Origin: a bacterium
Lineage (GTDB): Bacteria; UBA8248
Length of the DNA: 64,000 nucleotides
Direction: 5' to 3'
Assembly: GCA_965213625.1 (NCBI GenBank)
Contig: CBDBZU010000004.1
Location: forward strand, 3,840,001 to 3,904,000
In this document: in pieces, positions 20,941 to 35,258 of the stretch
Numbering within the stretch: the first letter of the stretch is position 1
Layout: every line of letters begins with the position of its first letter
Notes under the pieces: model-generated
What the model was told of the DNA's origin: nothing
Databases searched by the model: none
The model's input: the letters and a program-made list of their open reading frames with translations, nothing else
Position numbers and translations under genes: made by a program

Positions 20941-22509
20941 TCAGTCCTGGTGTTTACGCAGGAGGGGGAATAGGATGACGTCTCGAATCGAATGCGTATT
21001 CGTCAGGAGCATCGCGAGCCTGTCGATTCCGATCCCCTCCCCAGCCGTAGGCGGCAGGCCGTATTCAAGGGCCGTCAGATAATCCCGGTCGATCTCGTGG
21101 GCTTCCTCATCGCCGGCTTCCCGCATCGCTTCCTGTTGCTCGAAACGCACCCGCTGATCGTCTGGATCATTCAACTCCGTATAGGCGTTGGCGATCTCGC
21201 GCCCGGCGATGATGAGTTCGAACCGCTCAACGGTATCCGGGTCGTCTTCCCTGCTCTTGGACAAGGGTGAAAGGGCTTTTGGAAAATCATAGACGAACGT
21301 GGGCTGCCTGAGTTTCGGCTCCACCAATTCCTCGAACAGGTACTCCAGGATGTGCACGTGGCTCATATCATCCGGTATGGGATACCCCTTGGGTCCTGCG
21401 ATTTTTCTCGCGAATAGGCGTGCTTTTTCCTGATTCCCCAATACGTCGTCCGGCGCTCCGCCCACCGCCACGATGGAATCTCGCCATTCATACCGCGCCC
21501 AGGGCGCTCGAAACGAGATTTCCTCGTCCCCGTACTTCAGCACGTCGTCACCCAGAATCTCCCGGGCCAGCGACGCCAGCATTTTTTCCGTCAACTCCAT
21601 CAAGTCGTTATAGTCCGCATACGCCATATAGAATTCCAGCATGGTGAATTCGGGATTGTGCTGGGTGGATATGCCTTCATTCCTGAAATTGCGGTTGATT
21701 TCGTAGACGCGGTCCATTCCACCGACAACCAGGCGTTTGAGATAGAGCTCGGGCGCCACGCGGAGAAACAAAGGCATTTCCAGCGTATTGTGGTAGGTCG
21801 TGAACGGTCTGGCCGTCGCCCCGCCGGCGATGGCCTGCATCATCGGGGTTTCGACTTCGATAAAATTCAGATCGTCCAGAAAGCGGCGCATCGACTGAAT
21901 CATCCGGGTGCGCACCCGAAACACTTCGACCACCTCGGGGTTTGCGATCAAATCCACATACCGCTGCCGGTAGCGGGCCTCCACGTTTCTCAGGCCATGC
22001 CACTTTTCGGGCAACGGACGCAAACTTTTCGTCAGGAGGCTTATCCGGCGAACCCAGATGGAGAGTTCGCCCATCCTCGTTCGGAACACCCCGCCCTCGG
22101 TCCCGACTATATCGCCGATGTCAAGATCCCTGGCGGATTGAAAAGCCTCCTCGCCGATCTCATTCATCCGGATAAACAGCTGGATCTGTCCCGTCCCGTC
22201 GCGCAGATCGATAAAGGCGACTTTCCCCTGCACCCGCTTGGCGATGATTCTTCCCGCCACGGAATAATTCGCCTCTTTCGCCTCATCGAATCCATCCGCA
22301 GGCACTTCACGGAATTCCTCGACGATCAAGCCAATCTGGTGCGTCGTCGAATACCGATTCACGAAGGGATTGGCTCCAGATGCCCGAATCCCTTCGAGCT
22401 TCTTCCTCCGCTGCTGGGTCAAAATATTTTCATCGTCTCGCTCATCCGACGATGGTGTCGCTTCTTCCGCCACGGGGGCGCTCCTCTCATGCTCTCTATC
22501 CATGTTCAT
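20941..22509 (-). CDS. lysS: Lysine-tRNA ligase (class II)
   Basis: Motifs [30 protein letters not shown] and GIGIDRL. Confidence 0.97.
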   Translation of the reverse strand: MNMDREHERSAPVAEEATPSSDERDDENILTQQRRKKLEGIRASGANPFVNRYSTTHQIGLIVEEFREVPADGFDEAKEANYSVAGRIIAKRVQGKVAFIDLRDGTGQIQLFIRMNEIGEEAFQSARDLDIGDIVGTEGGVFRTRMGELSIWVRRISLLTKSLRPLPEKWHGLRNVEARYRQRYVDLIANPEVVEVFRVRTRMIQSMRRFLDDLNFIEVETPMMQAIAGGATARPFTTYHNTLEMPLFLRVAPELYLKRLVVGGMDRVYEINRNFRNEGISTQHNPEFTMLEFYMAYADYNDLMELTEKMLASLAREILGDDVLKYGDEEISFRAPWARYEWRDSIVAVGGAPDDVLGNQEKARLFARKIAGPKGYPIPDDMSHVHILEYLFEELVEPKLRQPTFVYDFPKALSPLSKSREDDPDTVERFELIIAGREIANAYTELNDPDDQRVRFEQQEAMREAGDEEAHEIDRDYLTALEYGLPPTAGEGIGIDRLAMLLTNTHSIRDVILFPLLRKHQD

Positions 22510-22557
22510 GAAACCGTGATTTCCCCATTCGCTTCCATCTGGTTCAGCCGAGGGCGA

Positions 22558-23680
22558 TTACGCGCGCGCGTTCGCCTTCTCCTGTATCAACGAGAGGAGA
22601 TAGGCGTCAATGAAGGCGTCGATATTGCCGTCCAATACGGCGTTCACGTCCGAGCTTTCCACGTCGGTTCGATGATCCTTCACCATCCGGTACGGGTGCA
22701 GGATGTAGGAGCGGATCTGGCTCCCGAACCCGATGGTTTTCTTCATGGCGTGTTGCGCTTCTTTTTCCTCGTCCCGCTTTCGCTTCTCCATTTCGTACAA
22801 CTGGCCGCGCAACAGCTTCATGGCCGTAGCGCGATTCTTGTGCTGGCTTCTCTCGTTCTGGCACGAGACCACGATGCCCGTGGACAAGTGCGTAATTCGC
22901 ACAGCGGAATCCGTGGTGTTCACGTGCTGACCACCTGCGCCCGAACTCCTGAACACATCGATGCGCAAATCGTTCTCGTCTATTTCGATTTCCACGTCAT
23001 CCGACACCTCCGGGACGACATCCACGGAAGCAAAGGAGGTGTGCCTCTTCGCGCTGGCGTCGAAAGGTGAAATCCTTATTAAACGATGCACGCCGACTTC
23101 CGCCCGAAGATACCCGTAAGCATAGTCCCCCTTGATGATGAGGGTAGCGTTCTTGATGCCGGCTTCATCCCCCCCGAGTATGGAAACGAGGCGCGCCTGA
23201 TACCCTTTCTCCTCCGCCCATCTCGAGTACATGCGCAGGAGCATTTCGGCCCAATCCTGGCTTTCGACACCGCCCGCCCCTGCGTTCACGGAGAAAATGG
23301 CGTTGGCCCTGTCTTCATCGGAATCCATGACCAGGTGGAACTCGAGGCGCTCGATCTCCTTGAAAAGCGAGGACAGATCTTTTTCGATGTCGCTCAGGAG
23401 TTCCGATTCGGACGTTTCTTCCATCTGGAGAAGCTGGAGAAGCTCTTTCTGCTCATTGAGTTTCCCGCTGAGGTTCTCCCAGTTCCGTATCGTTTTTTCA
23501 AGCGTAGCGCGCTTTCTCAGGGTGTTTTGAGCAGATTCGGGGTCGTTCCAGAAATCCTCTTCTCCGGCGAGTTTATCGAGTTTGGCGCACTCCCCCTCCA
23601 GTCGATCGAGGTCAAAGCCGCCCCCGCAGTTCAAGGAGGCGTGCCTCCAGTTGCTCACATTTCTTACATAACTCTTCCAT
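22558..23680 (-). CDS. prfB: Peptide chain release factor 2, with programmed +1 frameshift
   Basis: GGQ and SPF motifs. A 22-codon upstream frame (MEELCKKCEQLEARLLELRGRL, ATG 23680) ends in CTT-TGA-C at 23617-23611, preceded by a GGGGG internal SD. Confidence 0.95.
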
Positions 23681-23745
23681 CTACATCTCCCATTTTTCGA
23701 AATCGAACTTCATGACCTGTCGGCATGGAGTCTACCCGGGCGGGT

Positions 23746-25289
<1,544 letters not shown>

Positions 25290-25293
<4 letters not shown>

Positions 25294-27199
25294 GGTTCGC
25301 TGGTCCGGGAAGAGTTCTTCCCGGCTCCTTCGGCGATGGCGCCCTCGCCCCCGAGTTTTTCCCGCAAGGCGTCCACGAGCTTCGGCGTGATGCCCTCCAC
25401 TTCCAGGAGCTTGAGGTCACTCGCCTCCAAAACGCCCCGCAGGCTCCCGAAAGTCCTCAGAAGCGCGCGCCTGCGCTTGGGACCCAGGCCGGGCACGTCA
25501 TCGAGACCGCTTTTGATTCCGGTACGCCTGCGGCGCGTCCGGTGGAACGTCAGGACGAAGCGGTGCACCTCGTCGCGGATTTTCTGGAGCATGAGCTTCG
25601 GCGCGCTTCCCTCTTTTAATTGAACAGGGTCCGACTGGCCGGGCAGGAAAATCACATCCTGCGCTTCGGGGTTCTCGGAACTCCTGCCCTTCGCGATCGC
25701 GCAAAGCGCCACGTCCGCAAGCCCAAGTTCCTCGAGCGCCGAGGCGGCCGATGAGAGTTGTCCCTTCCCCCCGTCGATCAGGAGAAGGTCGGGCATCTCG
25801 CCTCCCTCGTTCACCAGACGCTCCAGGCGCCTGAAAACGATTTCGCGCATGGAGGAATAATCATCCGGCGATTCCGCCACGCTCCTGATCTTAAAGCGGC
25901 GGTAGCCGTCCTTGAGCGGGCGTCCGTCCTGGAACATGACGCTGGCGCCGACGATATTGCTCCCCTGCAGATTCGATACGTCGAACGCCTCAATCCGCAC
26001 CGGCAACTCCTCGAGGCCCAGCGCCTGGCGTATTTCCTCGAGCGTTTGCTGCTCCTTGCTGAGAAGGGCGTTTTCCTGCTCCTGGGCATGCGATGCGTTC
26101 TCGCTCGCCATCTCGACCAGACGGCGCTTGTTCCCGCGGCGGGGATGAAAAACGGACACCTTCTTGCCCCGCTTTTCAGACAACCACTCTCCGATGAGCG
26201 AAGCATCGCCCACGGCGGAGGGCAGGAGCACTTCATCGGGAAAAAACGTCTTGTTTGCGTAATACTGCTTCACGAACGCGGAGACGACTTCTCCGTCGGG
26301 AACGCCTTCGCGGGCGGCCACATGGAACCCCTGGTCACCCAGCAACCTGCCGCCCCGAATGAAAAACAGGCGAAACGCCGCCTTTTCTTCCTCGCGGTGA
26401 AAGCCGAGCACGTCCTGATCGCCCCCCTTCACCGAAAGCATGGTCTGCCGCTCGGTGACGTGCTCGATGCCCCGAATCTGATCCCGCACCTTGGCCGCGG
26501 ATTCATACTGCAAATCTTCGGAGTGTTCCTGCATCTGCTTCTTGAGCCTTCGCACCAGTTCCTGGTTCTTCCCCTTGAGGAAATCGAGCGCGTCGTCCAC
26601 GCCGCCTCGATACGATTCGCGGCTTTGGTAATCATCACACGGCCCCAGGCACTGGTTCATCTGAAAATAGATGCAGCGCTTCGCCGTCTTGTCCTCCAGG
26701 CCGCCCGTGCAGGGCCTGATGTGAAAGGTCTTTTGCAGGAAGCGAATCGTGCGCCTGAGGCTGCTCGCCGAGGGGAAGGGCCCCAGGTAGGAATCGCCGT
26801 CTCCCGCCGGACGGCGGACGATGCTCAGGCGCGGGTAGTCCTCGCCCGTGCTCAGCTTCATGTAGGGGAAATGCTTGTCGTCGCGCAGGAGCACGTTGTG
26901 GCGGGGCTTGTGCTTTTTGACATAGTTGCTCTCCAGGATGAGCGCCTCGACCTCATTGGCCGTCACGATATGTTCCAGCGTGAAAGATTCCTCCACCATC
27001 TTCTGGATCCAGGGACCCCGGCCGGTTCTTTTTGCGAAATAACTGCGCACCCTGCTTCTCAGTCGCAGGGCCTTGCCGACGTAGAGGACATCCCCCGCGC
27101 GGTTCCTGAAAATGTATATCCCCGGTTTTTCGGGCAAGGACTTCAGAAACGAGCGGTCCTCTCCCACGGAAACCGAACTGGGGGAAAGGGCGGAATCAC

Positions 27200-27203
<4 letters not shown>
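25290..27203 (-). CDS. uvrC: Excinuclease ABC subunit C
   Basis: GIY-YIG (PGIY...YVGKA), [16 protein letters not shown] and HhH C-terminus. Confidence 0.96.
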
Positions 27204-29209
<2,006 letters not shown>

Positions 29210-29297
29210 GAAGGGTCCTCTGCTTCCGAGTCAGGCGCTCGAAAAAACAAGCGGATGAAAGTTTAACGGATAACGGAAGGCGGATAAACCTTGCGGG

Positions 29298-29825
29298 TCA
29301 GGCGAGAGGCGTGGGTTGCAGGTATTTTTCCCATACATGCTGCACCGTTCGAGGAAAGCGATGATTCAGGTGCTGCAATATGAAAGATTTCGGTTTTCGG
29401 GGCTGCTTATTCAGCTTCAGACCCGCCTCATCAGGCGTGCGGTCTCCTTTTTTCGCATTGCATCTCCGGCAACTGCAAACCGCATTCTCCCACGTGGAGC
29501 GACCGCCACGAGAGCGAGGCAATACATGATCCACCGTTAAATATCCACCTTTCGCCCCACAATACTGACAGGTATTCTCGTCGCGCCGCATTACATTCTT
29601 TTTGCTGAACGGAATCTGGCTTCGGCGCGGAACATACACATACGTTCTCAGCCGTATGACGGCAGGCAGGTGAAACTCCATCGCTTCGCTGCGGACGAGC
29701 AAGCCGTTCGTCTCAACGGTATCGGCTTTCCCGGTGAGCATCATGCGAATCGCACGGCGTGCGTTGCAGACATTTATCGGCTCATACGTCTGGTTGAGCA
29801 CCAGAACTCGCGATTGTTCAAGCAC
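29298..29825 (-). CDS. HNH endonuclease (standalone McrA-like family)
   Basis: Motifs VLVLNQTYEP, RD..CQYCG, TVDHVLPRSRGG..WEN.V..C..CN.KK. Start uncertain (29825 GTG or 29870). Confidence 0.9.
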   Translation of the reverse strand: MLEQSRVLVLNQTYEPINVCNARRAIRMMLTGKADTVETNGLLVRSEAMEFHLPAVIRLRTYVYVPRRSQIPFSKKNVMRRDENTCQYCGAKGGYLTVDHVLPRSRGGRSTWENAVCSCRRCNAKKGDRTPDEAGLKLNKQPRKPKSFILQHLNHRFPRTVQHVWEKYLQPTPLA

Positions 29826-30090
29826 CCTATACGCTCCCCTTGAGGCAAGTGGGCGACGGGATACAAACACGAATTGCGCATCCCTTTATGTCGACCCCGT
29901 TCGTCCTTGTCAACGAGCAAACGGGTTTTGGCGGTTTCTTTTTTATGACTATTTGAATATAGGTGAGCAATTTATTCGGGAACCCCTTATTTTGCGCTCT
30001 CCCAGGCATCGCTACGCTTTGCGATTACGCCTTGGTATACTTTCAGGTTGTTATCGAGTATGCGCCAAGTTGGAGAGAGGAAGAGAAATC

Positions 30091-31446
30091 GTGGATAGAT
30101 TCGACGGATTTTCTTTATCCTATCTTGCTTCGGCGATCGGGGTCGTCCGGACGATCCCGTGTATTCTCGCGCTCGCGGCGGCTATCGTCTTCTCTCCCGT
30201 AGAAGCCGATGCCTTCGATTGGTTTTGGCAAGACTCCCTGACCCCCGCGGGAAGTTGCGGGGCGGCTATCGACGGGACTCTATCGAGCGGGACGAGTTGC
30301 CTTCTCGATGGCGGAGTGAATCTGTTGCTGAAAAAAAGTATGGACTCCGCAAATGAATTAGGAAAGAAAGCGTTCGGGGAGAATTTCCGATTCTTCGGCG
30401 ATCTTTCTTATCAAAGTGGGACAGGATTCGTGAACGATCTCGACGTCGTGATCCCGCTTGCGTTTACGGACAAAGACCACCGGACTCGCTCCTCGTTGTT
30501 CTTACAACAAGGCATCACCCGGTGGCGGGACTCCGAGGGAGATTCCCGCGACGACTTGCGTATCGGCATGGCCTACCGATTCCGGCTCACCGACGAGCCG
30601 GATTCGGGTGTCTTCGGGATGTCCACGTTTTCTTTGCACAGCGCGGATTGGGGACACCAGGTGTTGGCGTCCAGAGTGGACTACGCCGGGCGCTGGGGGA
30701 CGGGGTCGCTCACGTATTTCCTGCCTGCCACGAATTGGCGTTCCACGGATCCCGGATACGAAGAACGCGCCCTCGAAGGGGTGGAACTCGGCCTGAATCT
30801 CAAGCTGACAACGACCCTTCGCGCGAACCTGACCACCTACCGCTGGCAGGCTGAAGACGGCTCAGACGAATGGGACGATGGCGCGCGCCTCGGCGTCGAC
30901 TGGCGCCCGCACCCCTGGCTGAATCTTTCCGCCGGTTACGACGGAATCGGCAGAAGAAAAGACTCGTCGTCGTTTTTGGCCAAGGTCTCCTTACCAATCG
31001 GGGGTCCGTCGAAACCGAAACCCAGGTGGGAAGGCCTGGGAACGTTGCCAAAGAACACTGTGCCCGGTGTCTTTAACCTCTGGCGGCCTGTCGACAAAAT
31101 CGGCCGGATCAAGGTCGCCAGACGAATCGAAACTTCCACTTTGGCGAACAGGGTGAACATCCAGCCCCTGCAAAACAGCATCGTCAGCGGCGAGGCGCTC
31201 CAGGTGAAGCTCTCGCTTCCGGTGGCGGCGCCGGAGGATGTCCAGGTGAGTGTGCGCCTCGCGCCCGGGAGCGGAGCGAACCCCGCCGTTCCGGGCGTGG
31301 ATTTTCATGACGGAATCATCGAGGCGACGATTCGCGAGGGCGAGAAGGATGCCGTGGTTTCGCTCCCACTCATACGCAACGATGATATGCGGAAACCCCG
31401 CAGCCTGAAAATCATCAAGGTGTCTCGAAATTTCCGAAAGAAATAA
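30091..31446 (+). CDS. Inverse autotransporter (intimin/invasin-type) beta-barrel protein with one C-terminal Calx-beta-like domain
   Basis: Signal peptide ending ADA; amphipathic strands with G.AYRF and YEERALEG.E; C-terminal A.PGVDF...IREGE...V.LP...ND. GTG start chosen from a purine-rich RBS. Confidence 0.65.
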   Translation: MDRFDGFSLSYLASAIGVVRTIPCILALAAAIVFSPVEADAFDWFWQDSLTPAGSCGAAIDGTLSSGTSCLLDGGVNLLLKKSMDSANELGKKAFGENFRFFGDLSYQSGTGFVNDLDVVIPLAFTDKDHRTRSSLFLQQGITRWRDSEGDSRDDLRIGMAYRFRLTDEPDSGVFGMSTFSLHSADWGHQVLASRVDYAGRWGTGSLTYFLPATNWRSTDPGYEERALEGVELGLNLKLTTTLRANLTTYRWQAEDGSDEWDDGARLGVDWRPHPWLNLSAGYDGIGRRKDSSSFLAKVSLPIGGPSKPKPRWEGLGTLPKNTVPGVFNLWRPVDKIGRIKVARRIETSTLANRVNIQPLQNSIVSGEALQVKLSLPVAAPEDVQVSVRLAPGSGANPAVPGVDFHDGIIEATIREGEKDAVVSLPLIRNDDMRKPRSLKIIKVSRNFRKK

Positions 31447-31530
31447 AGTTTCTTGAAACGCTCTCCGGCCGACAGAGGGATCGTAACGCAATGTGAAGAT
31501 GATAATGGCCAGTGTGATATTGCCGACTCA

Positions 31531-31755
31531 ACTATCAGGATTTCCGGGCACCTCTATCCTGCCTGCGTCGAATATTTTTTTATCCAGGTTCGCACCGCCA
31601 GTTATCCGGATTGTCCGTCTACCTGGCCCGTCGATCGTAAAATGAAATTGGTCCAACTCAGCAAGTGAGTCGATCCGTCTTCTGCAAGGTGCGTCCAGAG
31701 ATACGGGGGTGGACCCTTTGAGAGTGCAGGAATGGTCCAGAGGCTAAGCCGTTCC
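31531..31755 (-). pseudogene. Decayed C-terminal continuation (PPC-like domain) of the Ig-repeat lipoprotein
   Basis: Same frame past two TAGs reads *GTA*PLDHSCTLKGSTPVSLDAPCRRRIDSLAELDQFHFTIDGPGRRTIRITGG..., resembling the DH..T...AT...G.ID...D.D.F.F PPC pattern. Confidence 0.5.
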
Positions 31756-32928
31756 CTAACGTACCGTTACCGTAAAGCTTTGCGAAACACTGAGGCCACT
31801 TGGGTCCGTTACGCTTAAAGTGATGACCGCTGTCCCGGCGCTAACCGTATTCACAATCATGTAATGCAAACCAAGGTTCGAAGAATACCCGATACTGGCG
31901 CCGGCAACACTATCGTTGCTAGAAACTACGCCATAGGCCAACGAGTCAAGATCCGGATCCGTAAAATAGGTGTCAAGGCCTTCCAACCTCCATCGTTGCG
32001 GGTTGCCGGGTTCATGGGTCAAGGTAATATCCGAGAAGGCCCGCACGGCCATGGGAGCGCGATTCGGGGGCCGAGGCTTTTCCTCGTGTACCGTCACCGT
32101 GAAGCTTTGCGAAACAGTGAGGCCAAAGGGGTCCGATGCTTCTACCGTGATGACCGCTGTCCCGGCGCGATTCGTATTCACGCTCAAGTAACTCGGATCA
32201 GGATCCGATAGAAAAAAACTGATACCGGCACCGGCAACACTATTGTTGCTCGTAGATGCGACATAGCCCAGGCGGTCGAGATCCGGATCCGTAAAATAGG
32301 TGCTAAGGTCTTCTGACAACCAACGTTGCGGGTTGCCGGGTTCATGCGTCAAGGAAAGATTCGAGAAGGCCCGTACGGCCGTGGGAGCGCGGTTCGGGGG
32401 CCGAGGCTTTTCCTCGTGTACCGTCACCGTGAAGCTTTGCGAAACAGAGAGGCCAAACGGGTCCGATGCATTTACCGTGACGACCGCCGTCCCGGCTCTT
32501 ATCGTTTCCATTACCAAGTAGTTCGGATTACTTCCCGCGACCCCGGCGCTGGCAACGCCTTGTTTGCTCACAGATGAGCTGTAGCCCAGACTATCGAGGT
32601 CCGGGTCCGTAAAATAGGTGTCAAAGCCTTCGGACCTCCATCGTTGCGGATTGCCGGGTTCATGCGTCAAGGAAAGATTCGAGAAGGCCCGCTGGGCCGC
32701 GGGAGCGCGGTTTCCGGGCGGGGTGATCATAACTTCTCTTCCAGAACCACCCCCACCGCCGCCACAGCCAGACAGTGTCAATACGAATATCACAGCAAAC
32801 AAAAGCGCCAGGCATGAAGATGTAGTTTCTATGTGAAACAACTTCTTGAGTCGAGTCTTATTCTTTGTGCTTGTGATGTAATTGATAATCCGTCCGCCTA
32901 CAGATGGTGTCTTGCAAGACCTCGCCAA
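31756..32928 (-). CDS. Lipoprotein with three tandem cadherin/Ig-like domains
   Basis: Lipobox LSGC then GGGGGG; three ~107-aa repeats NRAP...YFTDPD.D.L.Y...G.A.ITV.A.DP.GL.VSQSF.VTV. Start uncertain. Confidence 0.8.
   Translation of the reverse strand: MARSCKTPSVGGRIINYITSTKNKTRLKKLFHIETTSSCLALLFAVIFVLTLSGCGGGGGGSGREVMITPPGNRAPAAQRAFSNLSLTHEPGNPQRWRSEGFDTYFTDPDLDSLGYSSSVSKQGVASAGVAGSNPNYLVMETIRAGTAVVTVNASDPFGLSVSQSFTVTVHEEKPRPPNRAPTAVRAFSNLSLTHEPGNPQRWLSEDLSTYFTDPDLDRLGYVASTSNNSVAGAGISFFLSDPDPSYLSVNTNRAGTAVITVEASDPFGLTVSQSFTVTVHEEKPRPPNRAPMAVRAFSDITLTHEPGNPQRWRLEGLDTYFTDPDLDSLAYGVVSSNDSVAGASIGYSSNLGLHYMIVNTVSAGTAVITLSVTDPSGLSVSQSFTVTVR
31759..32715 (-). repeat. Three intragenic ~320-330 bp tandem repeats
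   Basis: Near-identical DNA blocks, e.g. ggggccgaggcttttcctcgtgtaccgtcaccgtgaagctttgcgaaacag at ~32067 and ~32397. Bounds approximate. Confidence 0.9.
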
Positions 32929-33080
32929 AAAACTTGGATGAATGTTACCCTAACTCCGCCATCCCGCATTGGTAACAAGCATTAGCCGATGAAAAATAAG
33001 GCAGAGTTCAGCTTTATAGTTCTTCGCCGAAAATTCGTAGTCAGAAATCCCCCCTTCGTCCTGCGCAACCCGTCGCTCCA

Positions 33081-33193
33081 CCTCACCCTGAGTAGTAGCG
33101 AAGCCGCGTATCGAAGAGCGAAATTCGCGTCCGCCGGAGAGATGCGTTTCCCCATCCTTCAGTACGACGCCTGCGCGCCTACTCAGGATGAGG
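33081..33193. repeat. REP-like palindromic element, copy 1
   Basis: Arms CCTCACCCTGAGTAG...CTACTCAGGATGAGG; shares arms with 62232-62330. Confidence 0.8.
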
Positions 33194-33505
33194 GTTCGAG
33201 AGCGCTTGCTCGGGACGAGATCGTCAAGCGTTCTGCGAGGCCCGATGCCGCGCAGTGGGACAATCCCGAGGAGGGGTTGTCGCTACGAAAGCGGCTTCTC
33301 GTTTCCCCTATCGGCAAAATGAGAATACGGGCCGACGCATTCCTCATGTATATCAGCATCATCCTCTCATCCCTGCTCCCGGTTCGTTTCCGGTTCTTTG
33401 AAATAGTAGTTTGATTCCGAAACAGAAGGAGATGTCTTCCGCCGGTATCCATTCGTCATTCTTGCGGCGTTCCTTGGACTGCCGGTTGATCCGGCGCGGT
33501 TTTCC

Positions 33506-35038
33506 TTATCTTATCCCGCCGAATGCTCCAAGAATTTTCTCCGTCGCATCATCCAGAATCCCGGCCGCCTCCTCGTGATTCGGGCCGTAAAACCTTCCCA
33601 TCACTTTTCCGCCTGTATCCGTGAACCCGTTTTCTTCCACCGTCACATCATACGCCAGACTGGATTTCCGCCATCCCGTGAGTTGAGCCTGCGCTTCCAC
33701 GTCAACTACCGAGCGAAGATTCATGAACTGCACCGTGCCGTCGAGCGTGTCGGCGGAAAGAACGATTTCCGCTTCGCCGAACACCGGAGCAAACTATTCT
33801 ATATCGGTAGCCAGCAAAGAGCCGTTCCACGTCAGCGTTCCCGTGTGCGCGTCGGCGAAATTCGTGAATGCCGGATTCCCGAAAACATCCGCATCCACCG
33901 TAATGCGATCGGTGATGCGCGTGGAAGAGAAAGTCAAGGTTCGAGCCGCTGTCACCACCCATGCTGAATGTTGCGCCTATGCGCCATAGCTGTATGCCTC
34001 AGGCTCCGTAGGATAGTCATCGGTCACGGTATAACCGATATCCTTCATGTAGGCGAAATCCATTTCATGGGGGATTGCAATTTCAGCGCCGCAATAGGAC
34101 ATGATCATGGGGCAGGCGCCCAGGTGGCCAAATTCCGGGTCGCCGTTGCGATCCTTCTGGAAGGCCACGTTCCGGCCCCCGTTGGCCGCCGTCAGCGCCG
34201 GGCCGGTCCACACCCCTCGCTCATAGTCCACGTATCGGGCGACCGTCTCCGGCCTCGGTCTACCATCGGGCCTCATATCATGCCCAATCGCGTGGCCAAT
34301 CTCATGAGCGGCGAGATAAGCGAACCACAATGGTCTTCTGTTGATGTCACCCGCCGCCAAATTAACCCAGCCTGTCCTGACCGTAAAATCCTCTCCTACC
34401 GTCTGATGGTACCGAAATGTCGCGCTGGAATAGCCCCATTCATAATCAATATTGGGATTCTCGAAATCAGTTTCAAAATCAAGAAGAATCCCGTCCACCA
34501 GACGCGGGATTTTATAACCGTTCTCATCCCTCCCCTTGCGGGTCACTATCAAATCCTTGGCCTGATAAGAACCGAGCACGTCCTTGAGCCTGTGGGACCA
34601 GGACTTTCCCGCCCTCTCGATGGTTCCCCGCACGTAATCAGGTAACGAATCAAAATACCCCTCAGACTCCCCGGTGAAGTCGATGTCGATCGTGTCCGTC
34701 GGACCCGACATCCGCTGCGCGTACGTGATCCCGTTTTTCGACCCCAGGACGGAATACCCCGACGCATCCAGACCATCGAACCGGGGGAGACTGCCGCCTC
34801 CTTCAAGACCGAAATAGGTTACGATCGGTTCGGTCGATTTCCACGTATCCCGAATATCCACCCCCGCAACATTCTCGATGCCGGAAGGTTCGGGGATATT
34901 TTCCATCTCTGGAGAACCCGGCATAACAACAGGTGTGGGAACAGAACCTCCGCCCCCTCCGCCACCGCACCCGGTCAGAACTGTAAGGGCCGCAAGAATC
35001 GTCACCGCAAGAATTGTCAATACTGTTCTCACATTCAC
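33506..35038 (-). pseudogene. Lipoprotein with zinc-metallopeptidase (HExxH) domain and C-terminal TbpB-like barrel, interrupted by two in-frame TAG codons
   Basis: Lipobox LTGC then GGGGGGG; AHEIGHAIGH and MIMSY Met-turn. ORFs 33977-35038 and 33506-33784 are in one frame, with TAG at 33979-33977 and 33796-33794. C-terminus GRFYGPNHEEAAG...GAFGG. Confidence 0.7.
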
Positions 35039-35258
35039 CTCTCTTTGTGAGCCCGCCCAGGAGACTTCTCAGGCGGAACATACAAGCAGTCAAACGAAAC
35101 CTCGACAAATTTGCCGGGACGTTGCGACAATAACAACGCAAATGAAGAATAGTTCCGTTTTTTACCCTTGCTCGTGGAGTTCCCCAATACCAGATTTATT
35201 TTTTTGTATTCGAATTATAGGTTCTTATAGCATACAATCAGGTAATGTCCCCGGAACG

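Noticed and set aside
29298-29825. HNH nuclease as a defence system or the island's mobility enzyme
   Set aside because: It belongs to a widespread standalone family and has no methylase or partner genes; no evidence beyond adjacency.
31759-32715. Repeats as a CRISPR array or a DGR template/variable pair
   Set aside because: They are in-frame ~110-codon protein repeats; differences are not adenine-specific, and no cas or reverse transcriptase gene is in the window.
32989-33414. 141-aa ORF in the island
   Set aside because: It runs through the palindromic repeat element and is probably spurious.
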